Notes: generated by a model from the sequence alone, not told the origin. A DNA stretch of 64,000 bases from Minisyncoccota bacterium (GCA_035548315.1 DASZTF010000044.1:95484-159483), one strand, 5' to 3'; shown: positions 28,430-38,558, numbered from the stretch's first letter. A program made the numbers and translations.

Positions 28430-30454
28430 CTAGGTGATTTCGGGGATGACGGCCTGGAGCTCGGCGAGGCCTGCCGGTTTTACGACGTACGCGTCAAAAG
28501 TGCCGTCGCTTTTGCGCGCCTTCGCTTCTTTTGCTGTGAACCCGGAGAGCGCGATGATGCGGCCCTGATAGCCGCGCTCGCGCAGGCGCAGCGCGGCCTT
28601 ATCACCGTCCATATCGGGGAGCCCGATATCAAGGAGTATGACTTTTGGCCGATGATCGAGTGCGTACTTGATGCCTTGTTCGGCGTTGTAGGCGTAGTCC
28701 ACACTGCAGCCGCGCATTTCAAGTAGCTTGCCGATGCCCCACGCAGCGGCGTCGTTATCGTCGACGACGAGTACGGAGAGGCCCGATTCTTTTCTCTGTG
28801 GGACCAGTGTCGCCATGCGCGCAGCGAGTGTTGGTCTGCTCGTATGCGGGGTAGGAGGCTCAATGAGCGGGAGCGTTACGGTGAACGTGCTGCCTTTTCC
28901 GGGCCCCGGGCTCTCCACGGTAATCGAACCGTCGTGCTTCTCCACGAACGAGCGCACCAGCGCAAGCCCGATGCCGAGTCCGCGCTTTCCGCGCACGTCC
29001 CAGTCGATTTGGTGGAATGGTACGAAAATGTCTTCAAGCGACTCGGGCGCAATGCCAATGCCGGTGTCGGCGACGGTCACGACAGCTTCCTCCGCGCGGG
29101 AGGTCAGCGAGAGCGTGATGCTGTCGCCCGTCTCGGAATATTTTGAAGCGTTCGTGAGGAGGTTCGTGAATATCTGCTCGAGACGCACCGGATCGCCGAG
29201 CACGAAGTGGGACGCCTTGGGGATTCGTGTCGTGAAGAACTGGTGTCGGTTCTCAAAATGGTGCCGCGTCGATACGATCGCGTGCTCGAGCACCCCCGTG
29301 AGATCGGTGCGCTCCTTCCGGAGTGCAATTTTCCCCTCCGAAATGCGGGAGATATCGAGCAAGTCGTCGAGGAGCCGTCGAATGGTCTGCATGCGATCGC
29401 CCATGACGGCGAGGAGGTCCGCTTCTTCCTTCGGTCGCTGCGCCGAGAGTTGGAGGTACTCGATACCCGAGCCAATTGGCGCGAGCGGATTGCGGAGCTC
29501 GTGCGCGAGAATGGCGATGAAGTCATTTTTCGCTTGCGATTGCGAGGAGACGCGCGAGACGGCGTTCTCGAGCGCGGCGAGCTGGCTGCGCATGAGGTTC
29601 GTGGTGAGACGGCGGTCTTCTTCGAGTGTGGCGATGACGAGGAATATGCTGCCCAAGATTACGATGAACGCCTGAAGCTGGAACAATCGCTCTGCGAACG
29701 CGCTCGTGTGCGGCACGAGTCCGGCGTGGAAAAGGCCGTACATGGCGAGCGCAGCGGTAATAAATATAACGAGCGTCACGAAGCGTGGTCGCAGGCGCAG
29801 CGCGATCCAGAAGAGCGGGATGAGCAAGAGGTAGACGAGGGAGAGCCCGTGGAATGACCCAATGCCAAGCACGAAAATGAGCACGTCGAGCGCTATCGCT
29901 ACCGCGAATACGCCGACGGTCTCGAGCGCTTCGCCGAGCGGGCGTACAAAACGCGGCTTCGCAAACCACCGCATGATGAACGGCGTGAAAATCAGGAAGT
30001 AGAACAATGTACCGGTATAACGTTCGCCCCACGTGAGAGTATCGCCGCTCGGAAGTGCCGACCAGGTGACGGGCATAATGGCAGCGACGCACACGAGTAT
30101 GAGCAGGAGCCATAGCGAATCTCGGCGCGTGCGGAAGAGGGGGTCAATCTTGAGGGTCCGCAACAGGTGCGCACCGATCACGGACTGGAGCGCAAGTGCG
30201 ATGGGGAGGACGAGACGATAAAAGAGCGGCGCGTGTGCGATAGTGGTGTTCGTGAGCGCAGCCAGATAGATGGCCGGCCACAGCCACACCCCCTCAAGAA
30301 AGAGCACGGGGATGCCGAACGCGGAACTCGGCAGTACGAACGCTGTACCAGGCGCGATGGTGTGCGCAAGCGTGGCGGCAGCCACGCACCACGCATAGAG
30401 TATGACGCCCACGATGAGTCGGCGTACGGTGATGCGTCGCAGCAGCGCCTCCAT
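28430..30454 (-). CDS. MASE1-type hybrid sensor histidine kinase
   Basis: Multi-TM N-terminus, AHELRNPL, NLLTNASKY, GLGIGL, C-terminal receiver. Confidence 0.92.
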   Translation of the reverse strand: MEALLRRITVRRLIVGVILYAWCVAAATLAHTIAPGTAFVLPSSAFGIPVLFLEGVWLWPAIYLAALTNTTIAHAPLFYRLVLPIALALQSVIGAHLLRTLKIDPLFRTRRDSLWLLLILVCVAAIMPVTWSALPSGDTLTWGERYTGTLFYFLIFTPFIMRWFAKPRFVRPLGEALETVGVFAVAIALDVLIFVLGIGSFHGLSLVYLLLIPLFWIALRLRPRFVTLVIFITAALAMYGLFHAGLVPHTSAFAERLFQLQAFIVILGSIFLVIATLEEDRRLTTNLMRSQLAALENAVSRVSSQSQAKNDFIAILAHELRNPLAPIGSGIEYLQLSAQRPKEEADLLAVMGDRMQTIRRLLDDLLDISRISEGKIALRKERTDLTGVLEHAIVSTRHHFENRHQFFTTRIPKASHFVLGDPVRLEQIFTNLLTNASKYSETGDSITLSLTSRAEEAVVTVADTGIGIAPESLEDIFVPFHQIDWDVRGKRGLGIGLALVRSFVEKHDGSITVESPGPGKGSTFTVTLPLIEPPTPHTSRPTLAARMATLVPQRKESGLSVLVVDDNDAAAWGIGKLLEMRGCSVDYAYNAEQGIKYALDHRPKVILLDIGLPDMDGDKAALRLRERGYQGRIIALSGFTAKEAKARKSDGTFDAYVVKPAGLAELQAVIPEIT

Positions 30455-30548
30455 GGCCCGCACTATAGCAGATGACTAGGGTGAAGAGACGATGAGCAGC
30501 GGAAATCCGCTTTGCAACGAGGCCGATTTGGGCTAGAATGCGCACTAT

Positions 30549-30623
30549 TCCGGGATAGCTCAATGGTAGAGCAGCGCCCTGTTAAGGCGTTGGTTGCAGG
30601 TTCGAGTCCTGCTCCCGGAGCCA
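30549..30623 (+). tRNA. tRNA-Asn (GTT)
   Basis: TCCGGGA acceptor stem, loop CTGTTAA, GGTTCGAGTCC, encoded CCA. Confidence 0.97.
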
Positions 30624-30958
30624 GTAAAATTTCTTTTATTTTAGCCATCAATTTTTGGATGGTAGTTGGACGCTAGAACTTGTTATACTTCCACTATGTT
30701 TACAAAGGAAGAATTAGAGGAAGCTCTCCGCTCAATAACCTCAACGATAAGTAAGTGTGAAAAGGTGCTACCAAAATTGAAACAAGGCACTTCACAACAC
30801 ACGCTCCTCGTACGAAGAATCAAAGCGCTCAACATTGCATCGTCGTTGATAACACAATCTTTGAAGGAATCCTAGTAATACTTGCTGAGATTCGGAATGT
30901 GGACGTAAGCTGTATTGGCCATAAAGTAGGTTCTAACGTCGTCTACTACGCGGAGCAT
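30624..30958. mobile_element. Possible relic integrated islet at tRNA-Asn
   Basis: Low GC; degenerate tRNA 3'-end copy at 30928-30957; 11-bp inverted repeats. Confidence 0.45.
30696..30875 (+). CDS. Small helical hypothetical protein (59 aa)
   Basis: FTKEELEEALRSITSTISKCEK..QHTLLVRRIKAL; TATACT-N6-ATG. Confidence 0.75.
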   Translation: MFTKEELEEALRSITSTISKCEKVLPKLKQGTSQHTLLVRRIKALNIASSLITQSLKES

Positions 30959-30961
30959 AGT

Positions 30962-30990
30962 TTGACATATCTATTTTAATATGACATACT
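30962..30990 (+). promoter_or_regulatory. Sigma70-type promoter
   Basis: TTGACA-N17-CATACT. Confidence 0.6.
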
Positions 30991-31063
30991 GACTTTGCGT
31001 CAATGTTGGCGCGCCTATGGCCTGACTGTGGTAAAGCCACGGCAGAGCGAAAGGAGAAGTTCT

Positions 31064-31540
31064 ATGAAGATTTTGCGCTTGTCGAATACCTGCGGCTCGT
31101 CGTGCGGTGGACTCGACCTCTGGTCGGTTCTCAACGGCTCGTTGCCGAAAGAGTATCTCGAACGCTATGTCATCAGCTTGCGGGACGATTTGTGGGTCAC
31201 CACACTTCCTCGCAGCGGAGACGGCCTGCGGCCGAGTTATTTCAAAATATTCTCGCTCGGCGAAGCAAAGGCAGTCATCACCGAGTCGCTCGATAATGGC
31301 GGCCGTCGCACGGTGCAGATTGCTATCGAGAGCCCGAATACCGTTGACTTCGTTGCGCTCTACAAGAGCGTATATGAAGACTGGCTGGGCATCCCGCACG
31401 AAGTCATCCCGCTGCCGAAGTATCGGCTGCAGGAACCGTCCTTCGTCCGCGGCATCCGCAACGACCTGCACGACCTCTGGCAGTTCATCCAGAACCGCTG
31501 GCGTCGTGCTCGCGCAATGATTGTTGGGCAGTTCGCCTAA
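31064..31540 (+). CDS. Hypothetical protein
   Basis: SD AAAGGAG, own promoter and terminator. Confidence 0.7.
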   Translation: MKILRLSNTCGSSCGGLDLWSVLNGSLPKEYLERYVISLRDDLWVTTLPRSGDGLRPSYFKIFSLGEAKAVITESLDNGGRRTVQIAIESPNTVDFVALYKSVYEDWLGIPHEVIPLPKYRLQEPSFVRGIRNDLHDLWQFIQNRWRRARAMIVGQFA

Positions 31541-31541
31541 C

Positions 31542-31588
31542 GCCACCTACGGGGAGCCATCCGCTCCTGTGGGTGGCTTTCTGTTTTT
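31542..31588 (+). terminator. Intrinsic terminator
   Basis: GCCACCTACGGGGAGC-N5-GCTCCTGTGGGTGGC + T tract. Confidence 0.75.
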
Positions 31589-31824
31589 ATACAAACGCCA
31601 AAAGTCCGCTATAGCCAAGTTCGCGCTCAACTTCTGCCCAGTTTACTGTTCTGAACTTAGCCGCAATGGGGAGCAGCAAGTACGGGTTCACGCTATGCGT
31701 GCGAGACGAAGAAGAGGGAGAGGAGTTCCACCACGAGCCAGCCGAGCGCGGGCCAGGTGGAGTATTCAGGCAACATTCATTTCGACACGGTATGATGAAA
31801 ACATACTCCGTAACACTTTGCGGT

Positions 31825-32181
31825 ATGCACATCACGATCAAAGCGACTCGGCATCAGTTGAACGACGAAGAACGCACTCTGGTGAACAAGAAACTCGGCT
31901 CGGTTGAGAAACTGCTCGGTCGCGACGGCGAGACCGCAGAGTTGAATGTAGAGATCGCGGTGACCGCGGAAGGGGAGAAGCATGGCGAGGCTTGCCGCAC
32001 TGAAGTGAACCTCACCGCGGGCGGGAAATTTTACCGCGCGAGTGCATCGGCGGATACGATGAATTCCGCCATTGAAGCGGTACACCGCGAACTCGCGCGG
32101 GAAGTGAAAAGCGAGCGTGGTCGCGCGCGCACGCTCTGGAAACGCGGTCGCGCCGCTATTAAGGCGATGCTGCGGAGCTAG
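31825..32181 (+). CDS. hpf: Ribosome hibernation factor HPF/RaiA
   Basis: MHITIKAT..KKL..EVNL..SAIE..L-RE. Confidence 0.82.
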   Translation: MHITIKATRHQLNDEERTLVNKKLGSVEKLLGRDGETAELNVEIAVTAEGEKHGEACRTEVNLTAGGKFYRASASADTMNSAIEAVHRELAREVKSERGRARTLWKRGRAAIKAMLRS

Positions 32182-33011
32182 CCCACCCAGTCAGTCTCGT
32201 TCTTTCCTTCGGGTACCACACGCAGGGGAACAAATTTCCCGTTATTAAATGCGGCGGTCTTGATTTTGATACGCTTGCCATCCTTGAAGAAATACGTGCC
32301 GGGGCCCTCGGCGTATGCGCGATACTTATTCCAATTGAGTTGCTGATCGCCGTCGAGGTCGAGTTCGCCCTCGCTCTTATCAATTTTCCCCGAATGAGTC
32401 GCCTTGCTCTCGTCTTGTGTAGTGGAAAGCATCGCGCCCGCGAAGAATTCCGGAAGAATGGTGGCGAGCAGCTCCGCGCCGATGGTCACGAGGCGCGGGC
32501 GTAGCTCGCGCGTCGTCTCGGTCGGTATAATCGCGACCTCTTTCTGCGCGAGGATGTCGCCCGCGTCCATTTTGAACACCATTTTTTGTATGGAAACTCC
32601 TGTCACGGTCTCGCCGTGAAGCAGTGCGCCCTCGACCGGCGAGGCGCCGCGATACTTGGGCAATAGCGAGTAGTGGATGTTGAGGATGCCGAGCGGGAAT
32701 GCATCGATGAGCGCACGCGGCAGGATTTTCCCGTACGCCACGCAGATGCCCGCCACGCAGCCGCGGCTGGTAATTTCCTCCACCACTTCTGGTGTCAGGT
32801 TCTCTGGCGTGATTACCGGGATGCCGTGGGTCTCTGCCAGCACGCGCGTCTCGCTCGGCGTGAGCGTAAGTCCACGGCCGCGCGGCGCGTCGGGGGAGGT
32901 CACGACGAGTTCCGGGATGAACCCGCGCTCGATTAGTATCGCGAGCGTATCGCGCGCCACATACGGCGTGCCGAAATAGACGAACTTCGCGCTGTTAGGA
33001 TTCGTCTCCAT
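32178..33011 (-). CDS. fmt: Methionyl-tRNA formyltransferase
   Basis: YFGTP, NIHYSLLPKYRGASP, MDAGDI. Confidence 0.95.
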   Translation of the reverse strand: METNPNSAKFVYFGTPYVARDTLAILIERGFIPELVVTSPDAPRGRGLTLTPSETRVLAETHGIPVITPENLTPEVVEEITSRGCVAGICVAYGKILPRALIDAFPLGILNIHYSLLPKYRGASPVEGALLHGETVTGVSIQKMVFKMDAGDILAQKEVAIIPTETTRELRPRLVTIGAELLATILPEFFAGAMLSTTQDESKATHSGKIDKSEGELDLDGDQQLNWNKYRAYAEGPGTYFFKDGKRIKIKTAAFNNGKFVPLRVVPEGKNETDWVG

Positions 33012-33543
33012 GTGGTTCTTCTGCGGCTTCGTGTCGTACCTCGAGTATGACTTCAGCGTGATCGGTGAAAAGGATACCGTTCAGGTGGTCGATCTCATGC
33101 TGGAAGGCTTGCGCGAGCACACCACCGCCACCGCGCTCGAATTTCTTACCGTCTGCATCATACGCGCGTACGGTTGCGCGTTCGCGGCGCTTCACTTTCC
33201 CATATTTGCCGCGCACCGAAAGACAACCTTCATCCACCGCCTTGCTCTTCTGTGAGAGACGGACGAACTCGGGATTCACAAATACCCCAAGCTCAGGTGG
33301 CGGCACCGGCTCTCCTTCGGCGGGCGGTGGCGCGATGCGGTCATACCGCACGAGGAAGATACGGTAGGGGACACCGATCTGGGGCGCCGCGATAGCGACG
33401 CCGTCCGACTCTGCATCCATGGTATCTGCCATATCGGCGATGATGCTGCGCAGGCTATCGGTGCCGAATAGGTCAGCTGGCACTGCCGCCGCGGTGCCGC
33501 GGAGTACGGGATCCTCTGTTTGGCGGATAGGGACGATAGCCAT
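32995..33543 (-). CDS. def: Peptide deformylase
   Basis: GVAIAAPQIG, EGCLS, QHEIDHLNG. Confidence 0.96.
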   Translation of the reverse strand: MAIVPIRQTEDPVLRGTAAAVPADLFGTDSLRSIIADMADTMDAESDGVAIAAPQIGVPYRIFLVRYDRIAPPPAEGEPVPPPELGVFVNPEFVRLSQKSKAVDEGCLSVRGKYGKVKRRERATVRAYDADGKKFERGGGGVLAQAFQHEIDHLNGILFTDHAEVILEVRHEAAEEPHGDES

Positions 33544-33544
33544 A

Positions 33545-33826
33545 TTAAAAGGGGTTGAATTCGTTGTGCTTTTTCGGATCGATCTCGTACCAGAACTTTT
33601 TGCTGAAGTTCTTGGCTTTGCTGCAGACCGACTGCAGATAGTACAGATCCTCGGTCGGGATTTGTTCCAAAATGTATCCCATGCGAGACATGGTAATGGC
33701 GTCGAGCCCGTCTTGCTTGCGGGAATAATTAAGGTGCCGGCGGAAGAATTCCATGAGCTCCCCTCGTTCGGTCTTGCGGCTCTTTTCCTTCTTTACCTCC
33801 GGCAGGATGTCCTTGATGGACTTCAT
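33545..33826 (-). CDS. Basic hypothetical protein
   Basis: Tightly packed upstream of def; TACCCT-N6-ATG. Confidence 0.7.
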   Translation of the reverse strand: MKSIKDILPEVKKEKSRKTERGELMEFFRRHLNYSRKQDGLDAITMSRMGYILEQIPTEDLYYLQSVCSKAKNFSKKFWYEIDPKKHNEFNPF

Positions 33827-33861
33827 GCAAGCAGGGTAGCACAGGGCACCCGGCTCACGCA

Positions 33862-34662
33862 TCAAAGTGCGATGAAGTAGCTCGCGCCCGAGTCGAAGAG
33901 ATAGAACCCACTCGTGCTTGCGGTACCGATGCGCGGATCTTGTGCCTTTATTACTGGGGCGAAGTATTGCGGATAGCGCGGGTCGAGCCCGATCACATTC
34001 ACCGAGGGGCCGGTGGCAACAATGACTGCATCGGTACGACCGGGGAACGGGATCACGCTATGGATCGGCGTGGTCGGAGCGTACGCGAGGGTGGGCGCGC
34101 AGGATCCATTGGTGCAAAGGTATTCCGGCGGTACCTCGCAGCCCGGAGTCGTGGTCGCCGGTGCAGCAAGCACGCGGTTATCCATCACGTATACATTCGT
34201 GCAGCCCACGGTAAGCGGCGCCCCGGACGTGGGCATCGCCGCAGCAGAAATCGCGAGCGCAGCGTTCGCCGCCGCAGCGCCCTCGAGCACGGTCGGCACC
34301 GGCTTTTGCGGCACCAAGATGGGAGAGATCGTGGTGGTCTCGTGGGACGTAATAGTCACGGTGCGCTCAAACGGCTCGTCGTCTGGCGCAGAGACGATGA
34401 CGGTGTGGGTACCCGGGACAAGCGCCACGCGGAACGACGTCGCGCGCGTGGTGCCGCGTGATGCAAGATCAGTAAATATCGTGGTGCCCGGGGTGAGTCC
34501 CGTCACTTCAAGCGTGCCTACGCGCACCACCGTGAGCCCGGGACCGGGGCGGAATCCCGCCGCATAGCCCGCGAGGAGCAGTACCACAAAGAGCAGGACA
34601 AGCATTAAAAGCCAATGCCGCTTCAGGCGGCTCAGCAGTGATTCTTCCGGAGGAGCTTTCAT
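33862..34662 (-). CDS. Membrane-anchored PEGA-like domain protein
   Basis: TM then G-L-V..LVPGTHTVIVS. Confidence 0.7.
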   Translation of the reverse strand: MKAPPEESLLSRLKRHWLLMLVLLFVVLLLAGYAAGFRPGPGLTVVRVGTLEVTGLTPGTTIFTDLASRGTTRATSFRVALVPGTHTVIVSAPDDEPFERTVTITSHETTTISPILVPQKPVPTVLEGAAAANAALAISAAAMPTSGAPLTVGCTNVYVMDNRVLAAPATTTPGCEVPPEYLCTNGSCAPTLAYAPTTPIHSVIPFPGRTDAVIVATGPSVNVIGLDPRYPQYFAPVIKAQDPRIGTASTSGFYLFDSGASYFIAL

Positions 34663-34690
34663 GGTGGCCCCAGGATAGCAAAAGGCCGAG

Positions 34691-36007
34691 CTAGGCGCCA
34701 ATTACCTCTATCACCGCACCGAGCGATGACAGACGCGCGGCGAGATCTTCGTAGCCGCGATTAATAGAGTAGACATTTCGCAGGATAGACGAACCCTCTG
34801 CAGCGAGCATGCCGATGAGGAGAATCGTGGCGGGGCGCAGTGCGGGCGGGCACACGATTTCAGCGCCGCGCAAGCGGCGCGGCCCCGTGATCTGGATGCG
34901 GTGCGGGTCCATAAGGTGCGTATCGGCCCCCAGGCGGTCAAGCTCGGTGTAGTAGATTGCGCGCTTCTCGTACACCCAGTCGTGAATGAGCGTCGTGCCT
35001 TCTGCCTGGGTGGCGATGACCGCGAAGAAGGGAAGGTTGTCGATGTTGAGTCCCGGGTAGGGGCGCGCATGGATCTTTTCTGGGAATGCGACAAGGCGCG
35101 ATGGGCGGATGGTGAGGTGTGCGAGTTTCGTGATGCCATTTTCAGAAACTCCCGCGTCAGTCACGGTGAAATTGAGACCCATCTTCTCCAGGATGAAGAG
35201 TTCGACCTCGAGAAACTCCATCGGCACCCGCTCGATGGTGATATTGGAATTGGTCACTGCTGCTGCAGCGATAAAGAACATCGCGTCCGTCGGGTCTTCT
35301 GCGACTGCGTAGGAAATATCGTTCTTGATGTCGGTGACGCCGTGTACGGTGAGCGTCGTCGACCCAATGCCTTCGATGTTCACGCCGAGCGCTTGGAGAT
35401 ACCCGCAGATTTCCTGGACCTGGTAGTTCGCTGAGGCGTATTTAATGACGCTCGTGCCCGCGATGCCCGCGGCAGCAAGGAGCGCATTAATAGTGGCGGT
35501 GTCGCCGGACTCGTAGAAGATCACTTCTGCTGGCTTGAGTTCAGCATGCTTCACGTGATAGTGATCAGTGAGCGTGTCGATCGATACGCCGAACTTCTCG
35601 AGTGCAGAAAGGTGCGGGCGTACGGAGCGCAGGCCAAGCGTGCAGCCGCCCGACTGCGGAATATCAAATTCCTGGAGGCGATGGATCAAGGAGCCGATGA
35701 ACATAAGGATGCTGCGCGTCTTGGTCGCCGCCGCGCGATCGATCGTACTCATATCTATGGTCTCGGGCGGCGTGATGACGAGGTCGTGATCCTGCCATTC
35801 ACACGTGACGCCGAGTGAGCGCAGCACTTCCACCAGGCGGTGGACCTCCTCGATCTTGGGCATCTTGCGGAGTGTGGTGGTGCCGCGGTTGAGGAGGGAA
35901 GCGGCAAGGAGTGCGACTGCGCCGTTCTTGGATGAATTGGTCACGATGGTACCCGAGAGCGGGTGCCCGCCCTCGACCGCGAAGCTGAGTGATTCCGGCG
36001 TCTGCAT
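34691..36007 (-). CDS. murA: UDP-N-acetylglucosamine 1-carboxyvinyltransferase
   Basis: SKNG, GGCTLGLR, RPYPG, RGYE. Confidence 0.95.
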   Translation of the reverse strand: MQTPESLSFAVEGGHPLSGTIVTNSSKNGAVALLAASLLNRGTTTLRKMPKIEEVHRLVEVLRSLGVTCEWQDHDLVITPPETIDMSTIDRAAATKTRSILMFIGSLIHRLQEFDIPQSGGCTLGLRSVRPHLSALEKFGVSIDTLTDHYHVKHAELKPAEVIFYESGDTATINALLAAAGIAGTSVIKYASANYQVQEICGYLQALGVNIEGIGSTTLTVHGVTDIKNDISYAVAEDPTDAMFFIAAAAVTNSNITIERVPMEFLEVELFILEKMGLNFTVTDAGVSENGITKLAHLTIRPSRLVAFPEKIHARPYPGLNIDNLPFFAVIATQAEGTTLIHDWVYEKRAIYYTELDRLGADTHLMDPHRIQITGPRRLRGAEIVCPPALRPATILLIGMLAAEGSSILRNVYSINRGYEDLAARLSSLGAVIEVIGA

Positions 36008-36077
36008 GTCGGCGGATTATACCATTAATCAGTCATTATTTTGACTGCGTAGAGGCTCGCGGTATCATGGCGAAGTA

Positions 36078-37091
36078 ATGGCGTATTTTTCTCCGAAACT
36101 GGGGATCGATTTGGGTACGACGAACGTGCTTGTGTTCCTGCCCGGGAAGGGCGTGGTGCTGAACGAGCCCTCGGTCGTGGCCGTCTCGACGGAGAATAAT
36201 AAAGTGCTTGCGATCGGCGTGGATGCGAAGAAGATGATCGGCCGCACGCCAGACTCCATCATTGCGTACCGCCCCATGAAAGACGGCGTGATCGCGGACT
36301 ACCGCGTGACGCAGGCGATGCTCAAATACTTCATGAGGAAAGCACTCGGGCGCTGGAACCTCTTCCGCCCGACCGTGCTTATTTCCGTGCCGGCTGGTGT
36401 GACGTCGACTGAAAAGCGCGCGGTGATCGAAGCAGCTATTAAGGCAGGTGCAAAAGATGCGTACGTGGTGAAGGAGCCGATCCTCGCGGCAATCGGCGCG
36501 GGCATTCCGATTCAAGAACCGATGGGGCGCATGGTAGTGGATATTGGAGGCGGCACGATAGACGTCGCGGTGATTTCTCTTGGCGGTATCGTGGCAGCCA
36601 CGTCAGTGAAGTGCGCGGGTAACCGCCTCGATGGCTCCATCGTGGATCACGTGAAGAAGCAGTACAATCTGGCGATCGGCGATAAGTCTGCGGAAGAAGT
36701 AAAAATTAAAGTCGGCTCTGCGGTCGCCGTGACCGAGCAGCTCGCGATCCCGGTGAAGGGCCGCGACCTGGTCTCTGGACTCCCGCGCACGGTGGAACTC
36801 AAGACGAACGAAGTAGTGGAAGCCATGAATCGCGAACTGCGCGAGATGATGGGCGCTATCAGAAAAGTATTGCAGGAGACGCCACCGGAACTTGCAAGTG
36901 ACATCATCGATAACGGCATCATCCTCACTGGGGGATCGTCGCAGCTGCGCAATATGCCAGAACTCATCCTGCGCCGCACGGGCGTCTCGGCGAAGCTCGC
37001 ACAAGACGCGTACTTCTGTGTGGCGCGCGGCACGGGCGTCGCCCTGCGCCATCTCGACACCTACAAGTCGAGTATCATCAGCAAGAAATAG
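36078..37091 (+). CDS. mreB: Rod shape-determining protein MreB/Mbl (copy 1)
   Basis: GIDLGT, EPSVVA, DIGGGT, LTGG. Confidence 0.95.
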   Translation: MAYFSPKLGIDLGTTNVLVFLPGKGVVLNEPSVVAVSTENNKVLAIGVDAKKMIGRTPDSIIAYRPMKDGVIADYRVTQAMLKYFMRKALGRWNLFRPTVLISVPAGVTSTEKRAVIEAAIKAGAKDAYVVKEPILAAIGAGIPIQEPMGRMVVDIGGGTIDVAVISLGGIVAATSVKCAGNRLDGSIVDHVKKQYNLAIGDKSAEEVKIKVGSAVAVTEQLAIPVKGRDLVSGLPRTVELKTNEVVEAMNRELREMMGAIRKVLQETPPELASDIIDNGIILTGGSSQLRNMPELILRRTGVSAKLAQDAYFCVARGTGVALRHLDTYKSSIISKK

Positions 37092-37109
37092 CTTGTATAG
37101 AAATAGAGA

Positions 37110-37142
37110 AGGCCCGCCGACATATATGCGTCGGACGGGCCT
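37110..37142. terminator. Hairpin between convergent genes
   Basis: AGGCCCG-CCGAC..GTCGG-A-CGGGCCT. Confidence 0.65.
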
Positions 37143-37160
37143 CTTACGTACCGCTGAAGA

Positions 37161-37772
37161 TCAGTACCACTCTCTGAGTGGACTACGCGTTCGAATGCGA
37201 AAGCGCAAAAGCAGAAGCGCTGTCGTCGTCGAACCAATCACCATATAGACGGGATACGCGAAATTCGCGAAGGTGTAATCGCTAATCGCGAAAAGCGATA
37301 CGAAGACACCAGTGGCGAAAGCAAACCAGGCGTACGGCCGATCCTCCCACGGCGTTACCCACGCTGCTTTGAAGGTGGGCCCAGCCGCACATACATCCGC
37401 AAAGATAGCTAGATAGAGTGCATACTGTGCCATGTCAGGATCATTGCGGACTCGCCACCATATAAGCAACGCAGCGATTCCGCAGATGCCACACACATAG
37501 TCCAGACCACCAAGCTTCGTCCATTCTCCTTTGCGCCAGATGGCGAGAATGGCGATGGCGGTCGGATTGATGAAACCGGCAACGGCGGGCCAGATATTAT
37601 CTTTGGCGCCGGAGCTGCGGTAGGTGAGAAGCAGGGCGAGCCCAATAAAGGCCCACAACACCCAGCTCGTGATTTGCGGTCGTATCGCGCCTTGGGCGAC
37701 GCGGTATATGTACGGCAGTGTGCCGATGGTGCATATCGCACCAGACAGAAGTCCAATCGTTTCTGTGCTCAA
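37161..37772 (-). CDS. Multi-TM membrane protein, PQ-loop-like
   Basis: LPYI..RPQITSW; second half PT..P-E; TTG start with AGGAG. Confidence 0.75.
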   Translation of the reverse strand: MSTETIGLLSGAICTIGTLPYIYRVAQGAIRPQITSWVLWAFIGLALLLTYRSSGAKDNIWPAVAGFINPTAIAILAIWRKGEWTKLGGLDYVCGICGIAALLIWWRVRNDPDMAQYALYLAIFADVCAAGPTFKAAWVTPWEDRPYAWFAFATGVFVSLFAISDYTFANFAYPVYMVIGSTTTALLLLRFRIRTRSPLREWY

Positions 37773-37847
37773 GGAACTCTCCTATTGAGTTGCGAACTTC
37801 ATAATCGTATATTTCTTTGTATATGTCAAGTAGGGTATGATGACTCC

Positions 37848-38543
37848 ATGGCGCATCACGCGTTCTTCTGGGCTGGGGATCAGGAAGCAGGAGTGGAAGC
37901 CACGCTCCGCTATGCGGAGCGCGATATGAAGCTTTCGCTTACCGGGAACCCCGATATCATCATTGAGCGATACGGGCTCCTGCGCGTGGAGGACGCGCGG
38001 CGCATCGGGGAGAAGGCGAATCTCGCGCCGGTGAAAGGGAGCGAGAAGCTCTACATCATCGGCGCAGGCCGCATCTTCCACGAATCGCAGAATGCGATGC
38101 TTAAACTTTTTGAAGAGCCGCCTGAGGGTACGACGCTCATATTAATTGTGCCGAGCGAAGGAGATCTTTTGTATACGCTGCGCTCGCGCCTGCTGCCGCT
38201 GCCGGTAGAGACAAACGAGGCGGCACTTTCTGAAGAGGCGCAGGCATTTATCGCGGGCGGCGCGGCTGCTCGAGAGAAAGTGGTTGAAGCAATTCTCGAC
38301 GACGCGAAGTCTGACAATGATGACGAGAAGCAGGCTGCGCGCGCTCGGGCGCTGCAGCTTGCTGAAGGTCTTGCGCAGTCTGCGTATAAAGTGTGGCGTG
38401 CAGAAAGCGGCCCCGACTCGCGCGACAAACTCCAAGCGTTTCTCACCGACCTCGACCGACTCATTCCAATCCTCCACGACCGTTCTGCGCCGCTCAAACC
38501 AATCCTTGAGCATATTTTAATAATCGCACCTAAAAAGTTGTAA
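37848..38543 (+). CDS. holB: DNA polymerase III delta'-like subunit (degenerate)
   Basis: NPD, ESQNAMLKLFEEPP, TLRSR. Confidence 0.75.
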   Translation: MAHHAFFWAGDQEAGVEATLRYAERDMKLSLTGNPDIIIERYGLLRVEDARRIGEKANLAPVKGSEKLYIIGAGRIFHESQNAMLKLFEEPPEGTTLILIVPSEGDLLYTLRSRLLPLPVETNEAALSEEAQAFIAGGAAAREKVVEAILDDAKSDNDDEKQAARARALQLAEGLAQSAYKVWRAESGPDSRDKLQAFLTDLDRLIPILHDRSAPLKPILEHILIIAPKKL

Positions 38544-38558
38544 TACGCTACGCAGATA

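Noticed and set aside
31587-31810. Short minus-strand ORFs upstream of hpf
   Set aside because: No SD or promoter support and no recognisable motif; possibly a decayed gene but unsupported
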